Assembly (NCBI GenBank): GCA_003222035.1
Contig: QHUS01000050.1
Span: 43,064 to 107,063 of the forward strand
DNA length: 64,000 nucleotides
Direction: 5' to 3'
Origin: Gemmatimonadota bacterium
GTDB taxonomy: Bacteria; Gemmatimonadota; Gemmatimonadetes; Gemmatimonadales; GWC2-71-9
Translations under genes and position numbers: made by a program
Notes under the pieces: generated by a model
What the model saw: the letters and a program-made list of their open reading frames with translations, nothing else
Databases searched by the model: none
What the model was told of the DNA's origin: nothing
In this document: positions 17,300-25,469 of the stretch, piece by piece
Position numbering within the stretch: the stretch's first letter is position 1
How the letters are laid out: every line of letters begins with the position of its first letter

Positions 17300-17806
17300 A
17301 TGCCCGCCCCCGGGACGAAGGATCCTCACCGCGCGCTGCGTGACCATCTGGTCGCCAACCTCTCGGGCGGCCACGCCCACATTGTTTTCGAGGACGCCAT
17401 CGCCGGCTGGCCAGCGGAGCTCCGCGGGACGAAGCCCGCCGGGCAGCCGTTCACCGCGTGGCGCCTGCTCGAGCACATCCGCATCTCGCAGTGGGACATT
17501 GTGGAGTTCGCGAAGAGCGCCGAGCACGTGTCGCCCAAATGGCCCGAGGGTTATTGGCCGCGCGAGGACGCGCCGCCCGATGCCGCAGCCTGGGACAAGA
17601 GCGTCGCCCAGGTGGGGCGCGACCTCAAGGCGATGGAGCGGCTCCTGTCCGACTCGAAGACCGACCTGTTCGCGCGAATCCCGCACGGGACGGGCCAGAC
17701 GATCCTGCGCGAGGCACTCGTGCTGGCCGACCACAACTCCTATCACCTGGGACAGCTGGTGGTCCTGAAGCGGCTGTTGGGACTGCACCGCGACAAGGCC
17801 CGATAG
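17300..17806 (+). CDS. DinB family protein
   Basis: ATG with AAGAAAGGA upstream. LEHIRISQWDI...ADHNSYHLGQLVVLKRLLG. Confidence 0.8.
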   Translation: MPAPGTKDPHRALRDHLVANLSGGHAHIVFEDAIAGWPAELRGTKPAGQPFTAWRLLEHIRISQWDIVEFAKSAEHVSPKWPEGYWPREDAPPDAAAWDKSVAQVGRDLKAMERLLSDSKTDLFARIPHGTGQTILREALVLADHNSYHLGQLVVLKRLLGLHRDKAR

Positions 17807-17827
17807 CAGGCGTCGCGGTCGGTCAGC

Positions 17828-18457
17828 TCAGTGTTTCTGCCACGTCGACCACATGTCTTCGGTGACGAGCTCGACCAGCCGGTTCACCATCCGGCCGTAG
17901 GCGGCCTTAGGATCGTGCGCCTGGAAATCCACCTGCCCGCCATTCAGAGCGACCTGACCGACCTTCTCGGTGGCCCAGGCACTCGAGCGCCACACGGTGC
18001 CGCCCGACTGGGTAGAGAGTAGCCGCACCGTGAGATCCACCCGTACCGTTGCTTCGAGATGCGGATTGAGGAGTCCCGAGATCCCGCCGCTGCCCTGAGG
18101 ATTGGTGACCTTCATGTGCCCGGCGAACACGGCACCGACGTTTCGCTCTCTGCCGATCGCTTGCACGCTGGCCATGCCCACGTCCTTCTCACCGACGCGT
18201 TTCATCACCGAGTCGGCCGCGCCGAGCTCGAGCACTTCGATCCCCGGCTGCGCCGCCAGTACCGCTTCGGCGAACTGCTCCGTGGCGTACTCGTGGAGCG
18301 AGCCCTTGGCGTTCTCGACGGTGAACGTCACCAGCCCGAGCTTGCCGTACGGGCGCAGATCGACGCGCGGTGGGACGAGGACGCGGGTGGCGCCGCCGCA
18401 GCCGGCGGCGAGCAGCGCGAGGACGAGAGTCAGCATTCTGCCGCAACGCACGCTCAT
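17828..18457 (-). CDS. lipoprotein, function unknown
   Basis: Internal ATG (codon 11): MSVRCGRMLTLVLALLAAGCGG lipobox. Beta-rich mature part. Confidence 0.65.
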   Translation of the reverse strand: MSVRCGRMLTLVLALLAAGCGGATRVLVPPRVDLRPYGKLGLVTFTVENAKGSLHEYATEQFAEAVLAAQPGIEVLELGAADSVMKRVGEKDVGMASVQAIGRERNVGAVFAGHMKVTNPQGSGGISGLLNPHLEATVRVDLTVRLLSTQSGGTVWRSSAWATEKVGQVALNGGQVDFQAHDPKAAYGRMVNRLVELVTEDMWSTWQKH

Positions 18458-18616
18458 CGTGACCTCGGGTGTGGGTTCGCGAGACAATAGGATGCGTGGA
18501 TGGCGGGAACGACGACGTGAGGTCCGTCACACACGGCTACGTTTTACCGGCCCGGCCCGTGAGACAGACCTCTCCACGCCGCTCTCAGCCACGACGGCCA
18601 GCGTTAAGATTCCACG

Positions 18617-20176
18617 GTGCTCCTCCACGACCTCGTCGAAACCTCGCGGCGCGTGGCCGGCACGAGCGGCCGGCTCGCGAAGATCGATCTGGTCGCCGGC
18701 CTCCTCAACCGCGCCAGCCCCGACGAAATCGAGACCGTGATCGGGTTTCTCTCAGGGGCTCCGCGGCAGGGTCGCATCGGCGTCGGCTACGCGACCCTGC
18801 AGGCTGCGGCGTCGTCCAGCGTGGCTGACCCCGGGGCGGCGCCCCGGGGTACCCTCTCCCTCTCCGATGTGGACGCCACCTTGGACCGCCTCGCGGCCAC
18901 TACGGGCAAGGGCTCTGGGGAGGCGAAGGAGCGGCTGCTGCGCGAATTGTTCGATCGCGCCACTCCCGAGGAGCGGGATTTTCTGGTCCGCCTGACCATC
19001 GGCGAGCTGCGTCAGGGCGCGCTCGAGGGGCTCGTGACCGAGGCCGTGGCGCAGGCGGCGGGACTCGAGGCCGAAGTCGTGCGTCGGGCCACGATGCTCG
19101 CGTCCGACCTGGGCCGGGTGGCGCGCGCGGCGATCACGCAGGGCGCGGCGGGCCTCGCGGGCTTCAAGGTCGAGCTGTTTCATCCGATCCAGCCGATGCT
19201 CGCTCAGGCCGCGGACGACGTGGGCGACGCACTCGCGCGGCTCGGTGAGGCGGCGTTCGAGCACAAGCTCGACGGCGCGCGCATTCAAGTCCACAAGCAG
19301 GGCGACGAGGTGCGGGTCTACTCGCGTCAGCTGAACGACGTGACTCGCGCCGTGCCCGAGGTCGTCGAAGCGGCGCGACGCCTGCCACTCGCGGACGCCA
19401 TCCTCGACGGCGAGGCGATCGCTCTCCGGCCGGATGGCAGGCCGCTGCCGTTTCAAGTGACCATGCGCCGGTTCGGCCGGAAGCTCGAGGTCGCGCGCAT
19501 GCGCGCCGAGTTGCCGCTCGCGCCGTTCTTCTTCGATCTGCTCTACGCCGAGGGCGGGGTGCTGCTGGACGAGCCGTACGCCCGGCGCTTCGCCACGCTC
19601 GCCGCGGCCGTCCCCGGCGCGCAGCGGGTGCCGCGTCTCGTGACGGCGGACCTGGCGGCGGCGGCGGCGTTCTTCGAGGCCGCGATCGCCGCGGGGCAGG
19701 AAGGGCTGATGGCGAAGGGGCTCGACGCGCGGTACGAGGCCGGCGCGCGCGGCGCCGCGTGGCTCAAGGTCAAACCCGCGCATACGCTCGATCTCGTCGT
19801 GCTCGCCGCCGAGTGGGGTCACGGTCGTCGCCGCGGCCGGCTCTCGAACGTCCATCTGGGCGCCCGCGACCCCGACACGAACGGCTGGGTCATGTTGGGA
19901 AAGACGTTCAAGGGGATGACGGACGAAATGCTCGAGTGGCAAACCGCCAGACTGCTCGAGCTCGAGACCGGGCGCGAGGGGCACGTGGTGCACGTACGAC
20001 CCGAGCTGGTGGTGGAGATCGCGTTCAACGGGATTCAGGCGAGCCCTCATTACACCGGTGGTCTCGCGCTGCGCTTCGCGCGTGTGGTACGCTACCGGCC
20101 CGACAAGACCGCCGATCAGGCGGACAGCATCGCGACCGTACGAGAGCTGCACCGACGCGAAGCCGGGGATCGGTAA
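18617..20176 (+). CDS. lig: ATP-dependent DNA ligase (LigB/Lig1-like, with N-terminal DNA-binding domain)
   Basis: Adenylation motif I EHKLDGARIQV, motif DGEAIA, LMAKG, WLKVKP. 519 aa, GTG start. Confidence 0.9.
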   Translation: MLLHDLVETSRRVAGTSGRLAKIDLVAGLLNRASPDEIETVIGFLSGAPRQGRIGVGYATLQAAASSSVADPGAAPRGTLSLSDVDATLDRLAATTGKGSGEAKERLLRELFDRATPEERDFLVRLTIGELRQGALEGLVTEAVAQAAGLEAEVVRRATMLASDLGRVARAAITQGAAGLAGFKVELFHPIQPMLAQAADDVGDALARLGEAAFEHKLDGARIQVHKQGDEVRVYSRQLNDVTRAVPEVVEAARRLPLADAILDGEAIALRPDGRPLPFQVTMRRFGRKLEVARMRAELPLAPFFFDLLYAEGGVLLDEPYARRFATLAAAVPGAQRVPRLVTADLAAAAAFFEAAIAAGQEGLMAKGLDARYEAGARGAAWLKVKPAHTLDLVVLAAEWGHGRRRGRLSNVHLGARDPDTNGWVMLGKTFKGMTDEMLEWQTARLLELETGREGHVVHVRPELVVEIAFNGIQASPHYTGGLALRFARVVRYRPDKTADQADSIATVRELHRREAGDR

Positions 20177-20199
20177 CCCAGCGCGCGGGCGTCCCGTCA

Positions 20200-20205
20200 T
20201 ATAAT
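20200..20205 (+). promoter_or_regulatory. candidate -10 box (TATAAT) for the ECF sigma operon
   Basis: Perfect TATAAT 38 nt upstream of ATG 20244 in otherwise GC-rich DNA. No convincing -35 seen. Confidence 0.3.
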
Positions 20206-20243
20206 CGAGCCCCCGGCGCCACTCATTTGGCAGAGCGCTCCAT

Positions 20244-20759
20244 ATGTCCCCAGACGATCTGCGGCGCGAGCTGGAGCGGCTGCACGCCGCGACATTCGGC
20301 TGGGCGCTGAGTTGCTGCCGCTGGGATCGCGCCGCGGCCGAGGACGTGCTCCAGGCGAGCTACCTGAAGCTGTTGGACGGTCGCGCGCGCTACGACGGGC
20401 GCTCGAGCCTGCGCACGTTCGTATTTGGCGTGGTCGCGCGCACGGCGCGAGAGACGCGGCGCCGGGCCGCGCTGCGACGCTGGGTGCCGCTCGCGTCGCT
20501 GTTGCTCGGCCCCGGCCTGGCGGATGGCCGCCCCGATCCCGCGGCGGCCGTCGCGCGCGCCGACGCGACGGCGAGGCTGGTCGAGGCGCTCCGACGGCTT
20601 CCCGGTCGCCAGCGTCAGATCCTGCACCTGGTGTTCTACGAGGACCTGACGATCGCCGAGGCGGCTACGGTCGCCGGTGTAGCGATCGGCACCGCGCGGA
20701 CCCACTACGAGCGTGGCAAGGCCGCGCTCAGAAAACTGCTGGAGGGCGCACGCGAATGA
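20244..20759 (+). CDS. ECF-type RNA polymerase sigma-70 family factor
   Basis: Region 2 (AEDVLQASYLKLL...FVFGVVART) and region 4 HTH (LPGRQRQILHLVFYEDLTIAEAATVAGVAIGTARTHYERGKAALRKLL). Confidence 0.9.
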   Translation: MSPDDLRRELERLHAATFGWALSCCRWDRAAAEDVLQASYLKLLDGRARYDGRSSLRTFVFGVVARTARETRRRAALRRWVPLASLLLGPGLADGRPDPAAAVARADATARLVEALRRLPGRQRQILHLVFYEDLTIAEAATVAGVAIGTARTHYERGKAALRKLLEGARE

Positions 20760-21100
20760 TCGACCAGGACGATCGTGATCTGCGAGGGGCGTTCGAGGCG
20801 CTGAGGCGGGAGGCGGCAGCGCACACCCCGCCGTTTGATACCACGGGAGGGGCGGCGCGGCGCCGGCTCGTGCCGGGCGCCCGTCGCCGTACCCTCGTGC
20901 TCGCCGCGGCTGCCGTACTCGCCGGCGTCGCGCTCGTCCTGGTGCTCACACCGCACCGGCCGGGCGTACAGCTCGGTCTCGCGTCGGTGCGCTGGGAATC
21001 GCCCACCGATTTCCTGCTACGGCTCCCGGGTGACGAGCTGTTGCGGGTTGTGCCCCGGCTCGACGTCACCCCATCGACCATCAACTGGAGCATCCCGTGA
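20756..21100 (+). CDS. putative anti-sigma factor (single-pass membrane protein)
   Basis: ATGA overlap with the sigma gene. Cytoplasmic N-terminus, one TM helix (TLVLAAAAVLAGVALVLVL), short periplasmic tail. Confidence 0.6.
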   Translation: MIDQDDRDLRGAFEALRREAAAHTPPFDTTGGAARRRLVPGARRRTLVLAAAAVLAGVALVLVLTPHRPGVQLGLASVRWESPTDFLLRLPGDELLRVVPRLDVTPSTINWSIP

Positions 21101-21528
21101 AGACTCTCGCCCTGATCCTGTTCGCCTGCGCGGTCGCGAGTGCTCAACAGCCGTCCCAGCCTCCGCCTCCAGATGACCCGCTCGCACGTGTGTTGTTTCC
21201 GCCGGAGCTCGTGATGCAGCACCAGCAGGACATCGGGCTTCGGGCCGAGCAGCGCGCTGCCATCACCAAAGCGATCCAGGAGTTTCAGACCAAGGTCGTA
21301 GACCTGCAGTGGCGCATGCAGGACCAGTCGCAGCGGCTCGCCAGCATGCTCGACAAGCCCAGTGTCGATCAGTCTGCGGCCCTGGCGCAAGTAGACGAGG
21401 TGCTGGGCGTGGAGCGCGAGGTGAAACGCGCCCACATATCGCTACTGATCCAGATCAAGAACACGCTGTCGGCCGAACAGCAAGCGAAGCTCGCCGCGGC
21501 GCGTGGCGCAGGGCCTGGAAAGAGCTAG
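21097..21528 (+). CDS. periplasmic Spy/CpxP-family (LTxxQ-type) protein
   Basis: GTGA overlap. Signal peptide MKTLALILFACAVASAQ. Helical repeats with LRAEQRAAI and LSAEQQAKL (LxxEQ) motifs. Confidence 0.7.
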   Translation: MKTLALILFACAVASAQQPSQPPPPDDPLARVLFPPELVMQHQQDIGLRAEQRAAITKAIQEFQTKVVDLQWRMQDQSQRLASMLDKPSVDQSAALAQVDEVLGVEREVKRAHISLLIQIKNTLSAEQQAKLAAARGAGPGKS

Positions 21529-21593
21529 TCGCCGCTGCGCCGACGCCACACCGTGTGCCGGAACCAGTCACGCGTGGTCGGGGTTCACGCGTC

Positions 21594-22469
21594 ATGACTC
21601 TTTCTACCGTTGACACGACTCCTGCCGCCAAGAGTGGCACGTTCCTCCTGGGCGGCGACGTACTGGTTTACCGACTCGGCTTCGGCGCCATGCGACTCAC
21701 CGGCAAGGGCATCTGGGGCGAGCCGCGCGATCGTCGCGAGGCGATCGCCGTGCTCCGCCGCGCCATCGATCTGGGTGTGAACCTGATCGACACCGCAGAC
21801 TCGTACGGTCCGGAGGTGAGCGAGCGGCTCATCGCCGAAGCGCTGCATCCCTACCCCGCGGGGCTCGTGATCGCGACGAAGGCGGGTCTCGAGCGTCCGG
21901 GCCCCGACCAATGGACGCCGAACGGGCGACCCGCTCACCTGCGCGCGGCCCTGGAGGGCAGCCTCCGCCGCCTGAAACTCGAGCGCATCGATCTCTACCA
22001 GCTGCACCGCATCGACTCCGAGGTGCCGCTGGCGGACCAGATCGGCACGCTCCAGCGGATGCAGGAGGAGGGGAAGGTGCGCCACATCGGCCTGTCGGAG
22101 GTTTCGGTCGCCGACATCGAGCGCGTTCGCCAGATGACGCCCATCGTTTCGGTCCAGAACCGCTACAGTCCGGCCGACCGGGCACACGAGCGTGTACTCG
22201 ACTACTGCGAGCGGGAGCGGCTCGCGTTCCTGCCCTGGTATCCGCTGGGCGCCGGGGCGGCGCTGCGCCGGCGCAGCCCGCTTGCCAAGGCGGCGGAGGC
22301 GCTGGGCGCGACCCCCGCGCAGGCGGCCCTCGCGTGGCTGCTGCGACGCTCACCGGTCATGCTACCCATTCCCGGCACGTCCAGTGTGAAGCACCTGGAA
22401 GAGAACATAGGGGCCGCGCTGCTCGAGCTGCCGGACCGCGAGTTCGAAGTGATTTCCCGGGCGGCGTGA
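21594..22469 (+). CDS. aldo/keto reductase
   Basis: GFGAMRL, IDTADSYG, LATK, LERIDLYQLHR, IGLSEV, IPGTSSVKHLEEN motifs. Start at internal ATG (codon 96 of the track ORF). Confidence 0.9.
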   Translation: MTLSTVDTTPAAKSGTFLLGGDVLVYRLGFGAMRLTGKGIWGEPRDRREAIAVLRRAIDLGVNLIDTADSYGPEVSERLIAEALHPYPAGLVIATKAGLERPGPDQWTPNGRPAHLRAALEGSLRRLKLERIDLYQLHRIDSEVPLADQIGTLQRMQEEGKVRHIGLSEVSVADIERVRQMTPIVSVQNRYSPADRAHERVLDYCERERLAFLPWYPLGAGAALRRRSPLAKAAEALGATPAQAALAWLLRRSPVMLPIPGTSSVKHLEENIGAALLELPDREFEVISRAA

Positions 22470-22472
22470 GCT

Positions 22473-22982
22473 TCAGTTCACCTGGAGCACCGTTTCGATG
22501 AAGCTCAGGGTCTTGGTCTCGACCCACTCGACGGTCACCGCTTCGACCTTCATCGTTCCGATGCGGTCGGTGCTGCTGGTGACGACGCGGCCCTTGGTGG
22601 GCGAGGGCTTGATGTCGCGGGCGACCGCGATGCCGCGCCGCGGGTCGTAGCGGAACACCAGTAACGATCGGAGCGCCGCCCTGCCGCCACCCGCGAGGCG
22701 CGGCGTGAACGCGAGCGTCACGCTCGGGTAGGCATCCGCGCTGTCCGTGCGGTCTTCGATCGCGGCTTCGTGTCCGGCGTTCTTGAGCGCATCCATGAAG
22801 CGCTCCAGCACCCCCCGCACCACGGTTTTCAGGCGCTCGCCGCACGCCCGGCGCCGCCGCTCGCCTTCGTCATGGACGGGCTTCACGGCTACCTGCAACT
22901 TCGCGGTGCGCTCCTCGTAGCTCTTCAATAACGCGCGCAGCTGGTCCATGCTCTTATCGGCCATGAGAAGATGATACGGCAT
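22473..22982 (-). CDS. hypothetical protein
   Basis: 169-aa ORF with protein-like composition and high GC3. No recognisable motif. The start may be one of the internal Mets (MADKSMDQL). Confidence 0.5.
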   Translation of the reverse strand: MPYHLLMADKSMDQLRALLKSYEERTAKLQVAVKPVHDEGERRRRACGERLKTVVRGVLERFMDALKNAGHEAAIEDRTDSADAYPSVTLAFTPRLAGGGRAALRSLLVFRYDPRRGIAVARDIKPSPTKGRVVTSSTDRIGTMKVEAVTVEWVETKTLSFIETVLQVN

Positions 22983-22990
22983 AACGGACC

Positions 22991-23497
22991 ATGAGTCACG
23001 TCCTACCGGCGCTGTTGCTCGGAGGGTGCTGCCTGCTCGGTCTGGTTCTCGTCCCGCTGGGCCTGCCCGGACTGTGGATCATGGTGGCCGGGATCGTCGG
23101 CTACGGCTGGCTTACGGACTTCCGCTCCGTCGGTGTGGCGACGATCGGGGCCGCGCTCGGCCTCGCCTTCCTGGGCGAAATCGTGGAGGCATGGCTCGGC
23201 TTTCGACTGGCTCGGGCCTACGGCGGGTCGCGCCGAGCCGCCTGGGGCGCGTTGGCGGGCGGACTGGTCGGCGCCGCGACTGGCGTGCCCGTGCCGATCG
23301 TCGGGAGCGTGATCGGCGCGTTCGTCGGCTCATTCGTGGGTGCCGCGCTGTTCGAGTACTCGAGCTCGCGCACGACAGGGACCGCGGTCCGCGCGGGCTG
23401 GGGCGCGGTGCTGGGACGCGCGGCTGCGGCTGCAGCGAAGATCGCGCTGGGGGTGGTCATCGCCGTGCTGTGTGTGGTCGCCGTGCTGCGCACCTGA
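22991..23497 (+). CDS. DUF456-family membrane protein
   Basis: Gly/Ala-rich TM helices; LGLPGLWIMV...GEIVEAWLG...GGLVGAATGVPVPIVGSVIGAFVG is typical of DUF456. Confidence 0.7.
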   Translation: MSHVLPALLLGGCCLLGLVLVPLGLPGLWIMVAGIVGYGWLTDFRSVGVATIGAALGLAFLGEIVEAWLGFRLARAYGGSRRAAWGALAGGLVGAATGVPVPIVGSVIGAFVGSFVGAALFEYSSSRTTGTAVRAGWGAVLGRAAAAAAKIALGVVIAVLCVVAVLRT

Positions 23498-23510
23498 GCC
23501 GTGGTCCGCG

Positions 23511-24500
23511 TCAAGTCTTGACGGCCGAGAACGGGACGAGGGTGCGGGCCCGCTCGTCCCACAGCGTGAGGCGGACGCAACGCAGGCTCTCCCAGAGCGT
23601 GAGGGTCGGAACCTGACGGAGCTCGGGGTGATCGTCCAGCGCCTCCTGCAGCCGGTAGTTGGGGATCCGGGGCAGGAGGTGATGGATGTGGTGGAGCCCG
23701 ATGTTCCCCGTGGCCCACTGGAGCAGCTTGGGCAGGCGGTAGTACGAGCTGCCTTCTAGTGCTGCCGCGTCGTAGGCCCAGCGTCCCTGATGCTCCCAGT
23801 ACGTCGGCTCGAACTGGTGCTGAATGTAGAAGAGCCACACCCCGATCGTGCACGAAAGCAGCGCGATCGGAAGATGGACCAGGAGGAGCGCTCGGAATCC
23901 CACCAGCCGTCCCAGCAGTGTCGCCAGCGCGGCCAGGCCGACGTCGGTCCACAGGATGCTGCGCCGCTCGCGCGTCCAGCTCCCCGGCACGATGGTCGGG
24001 AGGCGGTGGCGCACGAAGAAATGCAGCACCGCTCCCACGCCGAACAGCACCGCCGGATGGCGATACACCCGATACTTGAAGCGCTGCCAGCGCGCCAACG
24101 CCAGGTACTCGTCGACCGTCAGCGTGTCGATGTCGCCGAAGCCCCGTTGCTCCAGGTTGCCCGATGTCGCGTGGTGGAGCGCGTGGGTCTTCTTCCAGTA
24201 GTGATATGGCGTCAGCGTGAGCACGCCGAGAATCGACCCGACGATGTCCGCCACGCGGGTTGAGCGGAAGAACGCGGCGTGCCCGCAATCGTGCTGGATA
24301 ATGAAGAGGCGGACGAGGAAGAAGGCCGCCGGGACGGCCAGGAGGAGCGTGAGCCAGTATCCAACGCCGAGGCTCACGTACATGAGCGCCCATGCGCCGG
24401 CGAAGAGCGCGAGGGCGCTCCCCAGCTGCCAGACGCTGCGCTTCAGATCGGGGGCCTTGTAGCGCGCCAAGCGCGCTCCCCACGCCGTTACTGTCGCCAT
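23511..24500 (-). CDS. fatty acid desaturase (membrane, di-iron)
   Basis: Three His boxes: HDCGH, HALHH, HHIHHL. N-terminal TM helices. Confidence 0.9.
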   Translation of the reverse strand: MATVTAWGARLARYKAPDLKRSVWQLGSALALFAGAWALMYVSLGVGYWLTLLLAVPAAFFLVRLFIIQHDCGHAAFFRSTRVADIVGSILGVLTLTPYHYWKKTHALHHATSGNLEQRGFGDIDTLTVDEYLALARWQRFKYRVYRHPAVLFGVGAVLHFFVRHRLPTIVPGSWTRERRSILWTDVGLAALATLLGRLVGFRALLLVHLPIALLSCTIGVWLFYIQHQFEPTYWEHQGRWAYDAAALEGSSYYRLPKLLQWATGNIGLHHIHHLLPRIPNYRLQEALDDHPELRQVPTLTLWESLRCVRLTLWDERARTLVPFSAVKT

Positions 24501-24516
24501 TTCCCCTGCGCGGTCG

Positions 24517-24574
24517 GAAACGTCACAGCCTAATGATACCCGGCCGTGAAGTCAAACAAGCCGAAAGTCACACA
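24517..24574. promoter_or_regulatory. three direct GAA(A)nGTCAnA repeats in the AT-rich divergent promoter region
   Basis: gaaacgtcaca (24517-24527), gaagtcaaaca (24548-24558), gaaagtcacaca (24563-24574), between the desaturase start (24500) and ATG 24617. Confidence 0.3.
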
Positions 24575-24616
24575 GGGGTTAGATTTAGCGGCCTGGGAAC
24601 CCTACCGGAGAACGCT

Positions 24617-24859
24617 ATGACACCGGTCACACTGGCGCGGTTCATGAAGGAGCTGGAAAAATTAAAGAAGGAGTCCGATGGCGGGCTGAAGCCCGATGAG
24701 TACGACACCCGACTGGCACGCGTCATCCAAGAGCTGCGGGATCGCGGTCTCGACGCCGATCGCGCCGCGACCACCGCGGCGCTCGCGGACGCGGTCAAAG
24801 GTGGGATCATCACGCCCGCGGTGCAGGGGCACCTGCAGCGGAGGTTGGGGCTGGTCTAG
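24617..24859 (+). CDS. small helical hypothetical protein (80 aa)
   Basis: Internal ATG (codon 76 of the track ORF): MTPVTLARFMKELEKLKKESDGGLKPDEYDTRLARVIQELRDRG... Confidence 0.5.
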   Translation: MTPVTLARFMKELEKLKKESDGGLKPDEYDTRLARVIQELRDRGLDADRAATTAALADAVKGGIITPAVQGHLQRRLGLV

Positions 24860-25215
24860 GCGCCCTGGAAGTACTTCTCTTCCCAGGCGACGTCGAACAT
24901 CTCGTTGCAGTGCCGGCAGCGCATCGCCGGCGGCCGCACGGTGAGCGGCACGCGCTCGCGACAGTTGGGGCAGACTGCGTATTCGGTGATCCCCCCGGGA
25001 AAACGCGCGGGGTTCTTGGGACTGGGCACGACCGACCAGCGCTGCGGCGGCGCGCTGACGATGTCGAGCAGCGGGCGCGGCACGTCGATAGCCTCGCCGA
25101 GCACGTCGACAAGCGCTTCGCGTGGCCCCAGCTTCTTCACGTGGTACCACGCACCTCGACGTAACGGCCGGTCGATGTCAGCTCGCAGCCGCGCCCAGTA
25201 ACGTTTGGGAGTCAC
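24856..25215 (-). CDS. uncharacterised zinc-ribbon protein (paralogue of 5292..5720)
   Basis: GTG start. WARLR, PLRRGAWY, VPRP, YAVCPNC...AMRCRHC..FDV. Last gene of a three-gene minus-strand operon. Confidence 0.7.
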   Translation of the reverse strand: MTPKRYWARLRADIDRPLRRGAWYHVKKLGPREALVDVLGEAIDVPRPLLDIVSAPPQRWSVVPSPKNPARFPGGITEYAVCPNCRERVPLTVRPPAMRCRHCNEMFDVAWEEKYFQGA

Positions 25216-25246
25216 TGCTCCGCTCGTTCCGTTTCGACTCCAGCGT

Positions 25247-25438
25247 TCATGGCGCCTTGGAATCGCGCTGGGCTCGGGGCCCGGCGATCAGACGCGCGCG
25301 CGGCGGCCGATGCCTGTCACAATAGTAGCGCTGCGGGTGCCCCGTGTCCTGTGACTGTTGGTGGGTGACCCACCGCGCGGGCCGCCCGCAGGTCGTGCGC
25401 GTCGTCCAGTCGAAAAAATCGCAGCGGATCGCGCCCAT
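25247..25438 (-). CDS. small Cys/His-containing hypothetical protein (63 aa)
   Basis: Internal ATG (codon 33): MGAIRCDFFDWTTRTTCGRPARWVTHQQSQDTGHPQRYYCDRH... High GC3. 31-nt gaps to both neighbours. Confidence 0.45.
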   Translation of the reverse strand: MGAIRCDFFDWTTRTTCGRPARWVTHQQSQDTGHPQRYYCDRHRPPRARLIAGPRAQRDSKAP

Positions 25439-25469
25439 GGAAAGAGCCCCGCTCCCGCCGTCGGCAGGC

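Noticed and set aside
18458-18616. tRNA-like GGTTCGCGA motif in the 159-bp spacer upstream of the ligase gene
   Set aside because: The T-loop consensus (GTTCRANYC with A58) is not met. No acceptor or anticodon stems can be drawn around it.
23218-24483. 421-aa minus-strand ORF in an alternative frame of the desaturase locus
   Set aside because: The neighbouring frame (23511-24500) contains the three canonical His boxes. This frame is Pro/Arg/Gly junk.
24856-24859. Convergent genes sharing a palindromic CTAG stop overlap (also 41301-41304, and CTAA at 52343-52346)
   Set aside because: It is real in the sequence but is a trivial consequence of compact gene packing. No functional claim can be supported.
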